Origin: Psammoneis japonica
Taxonomy: Eukaryota
Direction: 5' to 3'
Length of the DNA stretch: 64,000 bases
Assembly (NCBI GenBank): GCA_008632985.1
Contig: QPGO01000098.1
Coordinates: 235,958-299,957 of the forward strand
In this document: in pieces, positions 50,743-61,789 of the stretch
Layout: the number at the start of each line of letters is the position of its first letter
Numbering within the stretch: position 1 is the stretch's first letter
Notes under the pieces: generated by a model
What the model saw: only the letters and a program-made list of their open reading frames with translations
What the model was told of the DNA's origin: nothing
Database searches by the model: none
Position numbers and translations under genes: made by a program

Positions 50743-51563
50743 TTATTTGAGAGTTGCCGGATTCGAGAGGGCGCGCATTCAGCATTACTGTAGACAAGAG
50801 CAGGTTCGATCGGCACCCCTTTAAATATAATATTTTCACTTTCCTACTCTGCGTTCTTGTTCTATCATCTTTGCACTCTAATAATTTCAATAGAACTACT
50901 CTACACTACTGGTACTGTCGTAGAGAGAATAACAAGACGAAATGGGTCTTCTTTTCGATTTTCGTCGGACCCGCCTCGAGCGCAGGAGTTCTCGAAAATG
51001 TGGGCGTAATTTATACGATCCTCATTCTCTTATACTAAAAATAAATTGACAATGTCCATTCCCGTATTCATATTATCCCTCTTGCCAACGAGAAGCGGTG
51101 TATTAATCTTACATACGTATTTTTCTACAATTATCTTCCGTACAACAAAAACGGCATGTTGAATCTGTGCTCATGCAGCAAACAAAAGCCAGCGTGAAGT
51201 CATCTTTTTTTGTGCGCAAAGCATTCTGCCAATTGCAATCTACTGCATCCGGTTAACCACTTGTTTCATCATCATCTTGTTCCTACAAGCGCTCTATTGG
51301 TTAAGGAAGGGCGCTATATCAGTGGAAACGTACAAGTTTTGAAGACTCCAGAGTTGCTCCGCGAATTATTTGTTCCTTCGCAATCCTCACGTAGAAACAT
51401 ACTGATCGTGTACGTGGAGAAATCGGTATTTTTTGTGTGACTGAAAAACGAACCGCTTCTCATCCCAAAGAGGACAAGATCACTGCAAGATCAATTACTG
51501 CGGGAAGAAGCAGCAAAACATATTAAAAGGACGAGTTAGGTCACGGAGGATCGATATTTCAAA

Positions 51564-52954
51564 ATGGAGAACCAGTTTCATAATAGCGCAAACACTATAC
51601 TTTACAACCCGGGAGCGGCTGAAAGCTCTGCAGATTCATATCCAATGCAAGGGATTGATTTTCCTGGAGCAAACGATGTTATGCTTGGTAGGGGCGGTAA
51701 GTGTATCAGTCGTATTGTAGGATGTCATTTGTGTTTGTAGCTCGGAAAATCTCGGCATATGTAGCCGAGTCTCTTGTCTCGTACTTACACATGCTTGAGC
51801 CTCAACATTTTTTTGAATTTTGCTTCTTCTGTCGATTACTACTGACTACAGGTCAAACAAATAATCATCTCGGTAACATTCGCTTTAGAAATCTCGTAAA
51901 TGATCATAAGCGACGATACTTGGCTGCTCCAAAGGTGGATAAACCAAAGGTAGCTCTCGATGTGGTCAAGATTTGGAGAGGTCTGGAACCCCCCGGGCGT
52001 TTTCTAACCAAGACCAACACAGAAAAGGGCGACGCGAGTTTGTGGCATGATGTAGGGGACAAGAAAGCCCGCGAAAAGGCATCCCAATGTCTCCGAGAAC
52101 GAACTCCAGATGTGATGCCTTTTGTGAAACAGCTGGAAGAGCAACAGCAATTAGAGAAAGAAAGGAAGGAGAGAACTGGAGCAGAGAAGCCGGATAAAAA
52201 GCCCATGATTCACCCATCAAAGGTGGTTCCTGACGGGGAAGCCTCTTCTGCTGCACTCCAACCGCCACCTCAAAACTATAGGCCTCCGAGTAAGAGGACA
52301 AGCTACGAAGAGTCAATACCTACTGGTGAAGACCTTACCAGAGTGGTATTCAACGACGACGATGCTCGGTCGTTTATGGACGATTACCAACAAGTGCTGC
52401 ATGACTTGGCCTCATCAGATGTTGCGGAAACTGTTCCATCAGAAGCAGTATCTTCCGACGAGGTTCGGCCTCCTCTACCTAAAGAACAGAGCGGGTTTTC
52501 CTGGATGAAGTCCTTCAAATCCGTGGATAGCAATTTCAGTGGAATGGACACTTCACTTCAATATACTGTGGATGAAGGAGGCGAAGAGGAAGACGAAGAA
52601 GTAGACCGGCCCCTGGACGTGTCTGCAAACGGGAATGCAAATGAAAAGATGCAGGCCAGACCCGCCGTGCTTCCAACATCTCGACCCTCATTGGGTGATG
52701 TCAATCGAAAACCAAGAATGGTGGGCGCTGCCTATGCTCGAGATAGTCAAATGTCTCTCATGTCTGATTTGAGTTCTAGGTCGCTCATGATGGCAAATTC
52801 TGGAGATCAAGCGAGCAGGCGATCTCTCATGATGGGAAATGCCGCAGATCAAGCCAGTAGACGTTCCGTCATGTCCGTAATGTCCGACATGACGGAACTA
52901 TCAGACGCGCTCAAAGACATGGATTTATCAACAGTGGGCGAAGCACCACGGTAA
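51564..52954 (+). CDS. DUF6824-domain diatom protein, 2 exons
   Basis: NDVMLGRGG/QTNNHLGNIRFR..PPGRFL..WHDVGDKKAREKASQCLRE joined across intron 51697-51851. Confidence 0.88.
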
Positions 52955-53202
52955 CGAAAGATGCATGGGTATCGCTGTGCGGCAGTGTACTAATTGGGAA
53001 AAGGCGAGGTGGATACTAGATTGTATCAATTGGGAGGAGTACTACGGGTTTGGGAAACTGGACCCGTCTAAGTATTTGTATAGGTCCTTCTCTACAAGGT
53101 TTCGGTTATGGTTTTGGTGTTTCGTATTTTTGTTAAGGAGGCTACGCAAGTGGGTTGAATAAGTGGTTCGTGGAACACACGATATATGCTAGCGATGTTT
53201 CT

Positions 53203-54729
53203 TTATCGAATCGCCTGTCCAAAGGGAATGTTGTCAAGCACAGATTCTTGCCTCTTAAAAGGTGGTGGAGTCCCAAAGACGTTTCGGAAAACCAACCTCT
53301 CATCGTTCGTCCCGCATACAACTGCCGACCCGTCGTTGCTTTGGTCCAAGTTGAGGACTCTGCAGCCCGAAGATTCCAAGCTATCCTTCCATTGGAGTTC
53401 GGGGTGTGTGTAGGACCACAGCGTGAGCTCGTTGGCTCCCCAACTATGCGACGAAAGTAATTCCGGTCGATGTTTGGACCACAGGAGGTCTGTGACTTGC
53501 GATTTTGTTTCAACAGAATGCTGCACTTCTCCGTTATTGGTGTTCCACAACTTGATGGTTCCATCCGTGGTTCCGGAGCCACTTGCGAGCATGCGTGGTC
53601 GAAATGGACACCAAGCCAAGGCCTTGACGGCTGCCTTGTGGACGTCAAGGGTGAGTCGAGGAGAGGTGGAAGGAATTGCTTCAAAGTACGCCGCGCTTGA
53701 CTTTTTCGCGTCCCATAAACAAATCCGATTGTCGTTGCCTCCGCTAGCCAACGTGTCTCCGGCGGCGTTCCATTTTAACCCGCAAACCTCTTGCAAATGC
53801 GCTTCGCACCGTGCGACAATGTGGTACCTCATCCTGACGTCATGGTGAATAATGGAAGAATCACGAGATCCCGAAGTCATGATATTCTTGTTCCATGCAA
53901 TGGAACCAACACGAGCAAGGTGACCAGACATGGTTCGGATCCTTCTGCCGGCTTGAACATCCCACAGTTCCGTATTACCCGCCTGTGTGGCGATTGCAAG
54001 AACCCTGTCATTGTGATAGTGCGCCCACGATACACAAGAAACTCCTCCTTCGTATGGCGCCACATTCATTAAATGACTGACTGCACTCTTGTGGAAATCG
54101 TATAAATATACGTTCCCTTGGAGTGCAACGGCGAGAACATCGGAAGAGTTCCAACTCAGCGTATCCACGTAAAAGTCGTCGGCCAAAGCGGGAGCGTCAA
54201 GGATTCGGAAGGGTGTCTTCGATATACGTTGTCTACGTTCGGTAGAGACGGATTCAAAAGCGGCGCCATTCCCGCGCAAATTGATGTTATCCAATCGTTG
54301 GAGAACGTGGAGCGTGTCGTGCGACGAAGGATCATTCACATACGGCGAAACCGTCCGTTTATTCTCGCCGAAGTGAAGAATGCGTTTCGTGTCTCCGTCG
54401 TCCGATAATTCCTCCAATGGAATGTCGAGTATCGCTGCTTTCATTCGACGCTTATAGTCGGACTGAAGTTTGGCAGCGGCCTTATCGGATTCGGACACGT
54501 CGATACACTCTTGGCTAGGCTTCTTGGAGGCACGGATACTCGAGTTGCAACTTTCGAGGTTCATTCGTGCACGATTGGGGATGAATCGATCTCCCGGAGT
54601 CGTAACAATGCGGCGACGCTTCGCGCTGCTTCTCGGAGGAGTCATCGCAAACCGAGGAGCCTTGGACGTGTTGGGATAGCAACGGGACGGGGTTGCCGGC
54701 GTATTACGGAGTGGTGTCATGGTATTCAT
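53203..54729 (-). CDS. CDC20: CDC20/Fizzy-family APC/C activator
   Basis: C-box DRFIPNR, RILDAP, WD40 repeats (QEVCGLKW, LASGGNDN, AAVKALAWCP), C-terminal IR tail. Confidence 0.93.
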   Translation of the reverse strand: MNTMTPLRNTPATPSRCYPNTSKAPRFAMTPPRSSAKRRRIVTTPGDRFIPNRARMNLESCNSSIRASKKPSQECIDVSESDKAAAKLQSDYKRRMKAAILDIPLEELSDDGDTKRILHFGENKRTVSPYVNDPSSHDTLHVLQRLDNINLRGNGAAFESVSTERRQRISKTPFRILDAPALADDFYVDTLSWNSSDVLAVALQGNVYLYDFHKSAVSHLMNVAPYEGGVSCVSWAHYHNDRVLAIATQAGNTELWDVQAGRRIRTMSGHLARVGSIAWNKNIMTSGSRDSSIIHHDVRMRYHIVARCEAHLQEVCGLKWNAAGDTLASGGNDNRICLWDAKKSSAAYFEAIPSTSPRLTLDVHKAAVKALAWCPFRPRMLASGSGTTDGTIKLWNTNNGEVQHSVETKSQVTDLLWSKHRPELLSSHSWGANELTLWSYTHPELQWKDSLESSGCRVLNLDQSNDGSAVVCGTNDERLVFRNVFGTPPPFKRQESVLDNIPFGQAIR

Positions 54730-55099
54730 GGTGGGGGCTTTCGATGTGCGTCTTCACTGAGAACTGTGATGGTAATGGGTGTCGTGGGGAGCACAATCAT
54801 GTTTCGCTCCGTTGTTGTGTGATTGTTTCTCGACCGTATTGAGTTAGTTTTTTATTATTTATACCTTCATTAAATTTTTATATAATCGCCAATGATCTTC
54901 ATCTGGAATGTTTCCTCAAACCTGTTAAATACCGGGACTGGCTCACGTCATCGTGGTATAAGAAGGCTTGAAACAGACAAATTCGATTATATGAGCCTGC
55001 ATATAACTATTTTTATCTTGCCATTTCTCGCCCATCAGCCCCACCCAGCAAGCAAAATTGAAAATCCGACATCCACATCCGAACGGTAAAGTACGATTC

Positions 55100-56290
55100 C
55101 ACCCAAGCATGCTAAAAGACCTATCTGAAACAAACACTCATCAGGTTCAGCGAAAAGTATCCAGCACCAATCGGAGTGTCTTGATCTTGAATGAAAGTGA
55201 TGCAAAGGATGGATCCATGCGCGGGTCTCCCACAGCAGCAATAAGACTAGCAGGTCGCTGGATTTCGCGACTGTGTTCTTGTGCCGAACTATTCAGACGG
55301 CAATCGCAGAGGTCACTTTCTGGCCAAGATCCGTCCATGAAATGAGGCTTGTCGCGTGGAGTGCAACAATGAAACCTAAACCTCCCAAGCTTCCTCGTAC
55401 TAGTCCACCCGACGATGGCGGCTTGGGAGGATGGAAAGGTGTGGATGGTTCCGACCCCTTCTTGACCGAACTCAAATCTTCATCTAGAGCGCCCAAGAGT
55501 GCCAAAGCAAACGAGTTGGAAGCTGGCGGTGACGCTACCTTGTCGGCTGTAGCTTCTTCGGTTTACGGGGGTTGCGCACAGCAACCTAATTGCTGCACGA
55601 GTACATTATGCACGCCACCCATGTTATCTTCTGTATTTCAGACGTCATGAGTCACCGCATGGGCGACCGTCCCCATGGCTTGAACAGAAAAAGTCGTTGA
55701 GGCGCGTTCAAGGGCACGGGCACTCAGATATTGAGCATCCTCCACAACGCTTGGAACCTTGATGGAAGTATCCATGATCCATGACAATCTCAACCGGACA
55801 AGCCACTTTTAGGACGTACTGCCGTACCGACAAGAAGCGCTCTAGTGTAGCATATCTCCTGGTCCATTTAGGTAGTAGCTCTTGCGTCACAATAGTTTGG
55901 CATGAAGGCATTTCCCGTGGAATCTGTTGTACCTACAACGAGAGGGGATGTAGACATGCGCTCGCTTGCCCCAAGTTGATTGTCATGACGTCGTCGTCCT
56001 CGTATGTTGCACGTGTTTTGATTTTCGCCGGGTGGCTAAAATAGCAATGGGCGGCTTGGATCGTGTAGGATTCAAATATGGTACTGACTTGCGTATCATC
56101 CTTTTCGCGCTGTTGTTGCACACACATTCCAAGCAGGACAAGGTTAAGTTCTGCAATTCTTGCAATCGCAGCTTGTCCTTCCATGTGCGGATCTGGCACC
56201 TCGTTTCGGTATGAATTTTTGTGACGTGTTCAAACACGAGTATAGTAGTAACAAAAGCCCGCTGTGCACAATGAAGAAAACAAATCATTC
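55100..56290 (-). pseudogene. Possible fragmented gene of unknown function
   Basis: Consecutive minus-strand ORF pieces (55933-56199, 55708-55911, 55293-55505) with protein-like composition; no recognised domain. Confidence 0.3.
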
Positions 56291-56761
56291 TTTACATCGT
56301 CGCCTTGAGAATCAGAAGTAAGTCTCAATAACAAGTCTAGAGCTTCTAGGAGATGGAATCGAGATCTCTCTGCCACTTTAATACAATGCCTACATCAACT
56401 GCAGAAACATCATTCAGACTTCGTTTTCGTTCCTCTGCAACCATTATGATGCTTCAATCAGACACAAAAGCAAACCGTAAGGCATGAGCAGCATGATAAC
56501 AACTCACGCTTCAAAACAGCATGTTGCAACCATCATCCTCAAACGATGTCGGTCCGACTTCGTTCATACTTTTCAACTTCAAATAATCAAGGTAATGCCT
56601 CTCCCTTTTTAAAGCATACTCTCCTCTCTAGTTCTACGCTTGGCAAAGGAATACATACAACGGCATCTCACATCTCACACCATTTCTCACACCATTTTGA
56701 ATGGAAAAAAATATTCAAAATGGTGTGAGATGCGAGCGATGATGAGCGATGAGATAGAAAT

Positions 56762-59700
56762 GGACTTCGTGCCTTTCAAAATCTCGGTTGCTTTTGCGCG
56801 CAGCGCACAAACGCAGCGGAACTGAAAAAAATTCTCTGCCGAAGACTCACTCCGACATGATGGAGTGAACAGCAACAGGCACCGGCAATCCATACGGACC
56901 ATCCGAAGCTCACTGTCGCTACATAGTCTTTATAAGATGGGTGTACAACTAGGCTCTAAGCTCCTGCATACGCTGGGAGGCCTGACGTTTTCGCAAATTG
57001 TCTCGTTGTGCTGCAAGAGGGCGGAAGATGCATGCCGCGTGGGTTCGCCGGCTGTTGCTGCGGACATGTCGTGGCTTTGTCACAAACTCCGCAAAACCAC
57101 CATTGCCAATACAAGAACTTACATATCAGAATTTGTATTGAAGTTTATTGGTGAAGGTTTCGTCTTCTACGCGGCGTTTGATCCAGATTGTCGCCATCAT
57201 ACGAAAAAGGCCTCCATGCGGCGTGAATTCGATCGTCAGCACAGTGTGGCCGACTGTGTCGGTGCGAAGACTAAACTGCATCAGATCTCTCGTATTCTTC
57301 GTGAAGAAACATATCAAAATGAAGGGGAGAAGCACATCTTGAAGAGTCAGCTTGAAGATTTGGAAAAAAGGGTCAAGAAAGCAGAAAAGGCCAGTGCAGA
57401 AGCTCAGCGGCACCCAGAAATTGTTGACAGTGCGCGAAGAGCCATGGAGGATCTGGCAGTGTTACACCCTGGAAAGGTTGTGATTGTTACAGGGAAGTTT
57501 CAGGCTGACAGTTATGTTCAACATCTGTTGACAGCCAAGACCGTAGATCTGGCTGTTGGGAATGACACCGACTTCTCAATCATTTCTGGAGAGGCATGTT
57601 TGCAACTGTCAAGCTTCAGCATTGCTGTTAAACAAAACAGACGCCGCAATGAAGCAGAAATTAAAGAAGGAACAGTTGCAACTGGGTCAAGTCACACAAT
57701 CCAAAACGTCCGTGGGCATCTTGGCAACACCGTTGGGAATTACAGGGCCGCGGACCTCCCTTCACTTGATGGCATTGCTGATCTCCGAACTCGTTGTTTG
57801 ATTGCGGCATTGTTTGGAAACGACACTTTCCCAAAAGAATTAAAGAGTCTGACATTCTTTAAAAACATGGGGCCGGCTGCAGTGCGTGACATGATCCATC
57901 GCATTGGTCGAGATGCTGATGGCAATGTTCCTTTTGAGGAACTGCTGTCGGAAGCCTTGGATGCGGCAACCCGCAAGAAAGACGCTTTGAATGCAGCGGC
58001 ACAGAAAGAAGGTGCATCAGATGCTGCAGTGCTCAAACAGCAGCAGCACACAAGACTGGTCGAACTGACACGACCAGTCTTGAAAGCTCTTGTGGAAGCG
58101 ACGGCGCATGAGCCAGCGACAGTCGCTCAGTCTGGAGAAATGCTGTGCTCTGTTTGTCCACCAATCGGGCCAGTGGATCACTACATTGAAGACTTTGTCA
58201 GTGGAGATGACATTGGACTGGTCACACGTGAGTGTGAGCTTGGAACTTGTCCTGGCCCCTGTCCCTCTCACGGCCACATTTGTGTGACGGGAGAGGGCAA
58301 CCGAGAGTGTGGAAAATGCGGAAAGACGTTTTGCCTGATGTGTGCAGTTAGAAACGAAGACGAATCTGGAAGCACCGACGTGGTGTGTGTCCCTTGTCTT
58401 GGAGCCACAACAGATTCTGTAGATCCTGTGTCCAAGTTGTCAGAGAATGCATTGCGGGAGGCGCCAAGCGACAAAATTGAAGTGCCGGCTGACATGCCGA
58501 TGGCGGATCTCCAGGAACTGTACATTGGCATTGTGGAGGGCGACTCAATGGACTCTTTGGATTCAAAAATGTTGGAGCAAGTGCGGCATCCATTGTGCCA
58601 CCCAAGAGCACTAGATTCGAATGAGAAAGTGTTGGATTTTGTGGCTGATTTTGACTTTCGAGATGGCGCTCGCTTTCTTCGTGATCGTGATCTCACCTGC
58701 ATGCAGCGTTGTGGTGTCATGAACCTGTTGGCAGACCTTGTCACATTTGGGAAGAACAAAAGCTTGCCAAAGCATGCAGAGGTGCTGCCATCACTTATCT
58801 CAAAATTCGCAAGCGAAGCAAGAGTCGACAGCGGAGAGCGTTTGATGAAGCGCTGCGCATGACACGCTCTCGACCCGAAATCGCCATCAATGCTCCATGC
58901 ACATGGCAGCATGATGGAGCACAATGGAGAAATGGGCCTCACAATGCATGACAAAATGTCACCATCGTTCAAGGATGGCATGTGTGCCGTGTCATCGGCA
59001 TTTGCTGCATCCGATTTGTTGGCCAACAGATGCGAGTGTAAAGCTGGAGCGGAAAATCAGTCAGTGGTGGCAGAGGTTGGCGGGACCAGCACCGACGATG
59101 CGGGAAAGCACGTGTGTGTACACTGCCTTCCGGTGCCGTGTAAGGTCACAATTCTTTTGATGGATGGTCTGGCAGAACACGCTCTTGTTGAGTTCTCGTC
59201 GTGTTTTGGCTGTCACGAGGAAAACAGCCCAGATGTTTCGGACAAAGAAAAATTGAGAATGTCCATTCTAACGCTGATGGATGCCGCCAGTTTTAAGAGT
59301 GCCGATTCTCTCCAATCGAAGTCGCCACATGAGCTGCTGCAAGCATTCGCGGTTGGTGCAGAGAGGGGCAAGAACAAGCTGCCCGACCCACCTGACCCTG
59401 AAAAGTTGGGGCCAATGCGGAACTTCAAAAGAGTTTCACCAGAGGAAAAGGCAAAAATGGCATTGAAGATGAAAGAAGAAAAGACGGCAGCATCAACCAC
59501 GAATGTGGCAAATGAATCGGACACCTTGCCCGAACCAGATCATCTGACAACATCGCGGCTGTGCCGCACCTTCGCCAAAGTTCTCGCTGACAACAAAAGC
59601 TTGGATGAGACAATGATTGTCGGGCATCGTTTGCTTGACCTGCGTGCAAAGAAAGTTGGTGCAACTGATGCTGCCATTTCTTTGGTGGATGCTGGGCTAA

Positions 59701-61693
59701 GGCCGAGGGTCAAACAACTGTTCCAAGCAGCAAGAACCCGTGTGGATCCACGAACAAAAGCAGCAGAGGCAAAAAGGAAACTCGCAGCAGAACATTCGGA
59801 GGAATCAGAGTTGCAACTGGAGGCGCAACCAAATGATGCAACGGAATCATCAAATGAAACAAAGCGTCGGGTGTCGAAACACCCGGCATCAAAAAGCACC
59901 CGTCGCTGCTGCTGCCAAAACTGCAACAACAACATTGCCACTGGTTCCAAGATTGTGCCGCCTGTTCCTGCCAAACCACCGGTGGGAGCCAGTCGCAACA
60001 GATGGATGACGCACTTCAAGAAACGGTTTGATTGACATGAATTTCTGCGACGAATCGGCGCAGATGAAAACGACTCATGCAAAGATCTCAGGATCTGCCT
60101 CTGCCACCCAGTGGAAACGACCACAAAATCTTTCACCGTGACGACACCAGCATTGACACCAGTTTCGTCACCACAAGGCGGAGAAGACGAGTCGGACCAT
60201 GAAAATGGCGAGTTAGAAAAAGGAGACGGTGCAGATGGGGAGAAAAAACCGACAGTGTTTTCCAAACGTGCTGCATTTGAAGGCCTGCCTGTTCCTTTGG
60301 GCGCCAAAAGCAACCGATCCGAGGCATCCCCTGCCACAACTTCTAAAGGGGTGGGAGAAGTGCGACAAATGGTGCGCTTTGCTGCTTTGGATCACAAAGT
60401 TGGAGAAGAGGCTGTGCGAAATGAGTGTCTTGCTGTGCAGCAACGCACGGAAATTGAGCCGGGTGAACGAACCAAAATGATGGAAGAGGTCCATCCACAT
60501 CTCCAGCAGTCCACAGGACCAGACCAGCACATCAAGTCGCCACCAAAGAAGAAGAGAGCCACCGAAATGACCAAACCTTCAAAGGGCAAACCGTCGACTG
60601 CCACTGTTCCGCCTGCAGTTGATCCTCACCCCATTTCGACTGCTGACGTTCAAACTCGCTGTGGGTTTGGATCCTTGTTGTTGCTGCTTTGTTTCATTGC
60701 GGTTGTTTGCAATGGTGACATTTCTGCAATGATGAAAACAACAACAAGATTGAGTTGGTTTGAAGAATGGTTTTTTTTCTTTGAATTGCTTTGGGGGCGG
60801 TCTCTGCATCGCTGGGCAGATGCAGAGCGCACATGCAAAATGCACCACAAATGTCTTCAGAGAACATTCAAACAAAAGCTTGCTCTTGTTAAGTTGGCAG
60901 CAAATCGGTGGCCGCGACGCGTTTGTCACGAGGAGGACGTGTCCCTGCGCTCTGAGAAATGGAAGGAACAGCACAGAAACAAGCGTGTTGCAATGTGGGA
61001 CAATGCAAATGTTGATCTGATGGGGAAGCCTACAGATGCAGATTTGCAGCGACTCACGCACTCACTTCATTGCGGCGGGAACTTGTCAAAGGCGGCATCT
61101 TTCTGCAACTTTGTGGGTGGCTTGGCGGCTGGGAGCTTTGGCTGGGAGCGGTGTCAGACTCAGACTGTTTAGAGAAAAGTGGGCTGATGCAGCACCAAGA
61201 ACAATTTCAAAAGATGGACCCAACCTCCACGCTGTCTTTCACAAACATCTTGGACAAGGGATGCCGGTGTGTTTTGGCCGCGTGGCGAGGAGGGGGGCAG
61301 CTGCTGCTTCAGCCATTCTTTGCTAAAAGTGATGGAAAGTTTGCCAGCCGTGAGGTCCTTTTGTCAGGTGCAGTTGCCAGTGACAGGTCGGGGAATGAGC
61401 GAGCGGTCAAGCAGATGAAAATGAGCAACTTGATTGCTGGCGGCATTCATCAAAAACAAGATCTGAACAATTTTGCTGATGTCTGGATTGCCTGGGGTTT
61501 CCAATGCAATTTCATGCATGAGCCAGTGCTTTAAAACAACTGCAGCATTTTCACTTTACCTTGTAGAAGCTAGATGTTTTGTTTTGTCTTGTTGTTCTAG
61601 ACTCCACTGTGTCGTTTCTGTTGTTTCGTGCGGGGCATGCTGACAGCCAAGTAACCCGGAAAGCAACCGAGAAATTCGAAAGGCACAAAGTCC
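56762..61693 (+). mobile_element. Full-length ISL2EU-like (PHIS superfamily) DNA transposon, 4932 bp
   Basis: TIRs GGACTTCGTGCCTTTCAAAATCTCGGTTGCTTT (56762-56794) and reverse complement GGACTTTGTGCCTTTCGAATTTCTCGGTTGCTTT (61660-61693); AT on both flanks (56760-61, 61694-95); internal DDE transposase. Confidence 0.88.
56937..61534 (+). pseudogene. ~1530-codon transposon polyprotein: EXO1/XPG-like nuclease - Zn finger - SWIM - THAP - Harbinger-type DDE
   Basis: ORFs 56865-58862, 58890-60035 and 60111- share one frame, broken only by TGA at 58860 and 60033; one frameshift near 61083; motifs MGV..DMSWLCHK..AFDP..K..QAD..NDTD..FGND; CECKAG..CVH; CCCQNC..W..LRICLCH; WDNAN..KGGIFLQLCGW..GAVSD..LDKGC..DRSGNERAV. 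Confidence 0.8.
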
Positions 61694-61789
61694 ATTGCAC
61701 TCCCAACTGGGGTGTTCCTTCCCTGGCGAGACTGCGAATGGCGCCTCCAAGGGAACGAGGGGGTGCCATGTGACGTCGCCCACCCAAAC

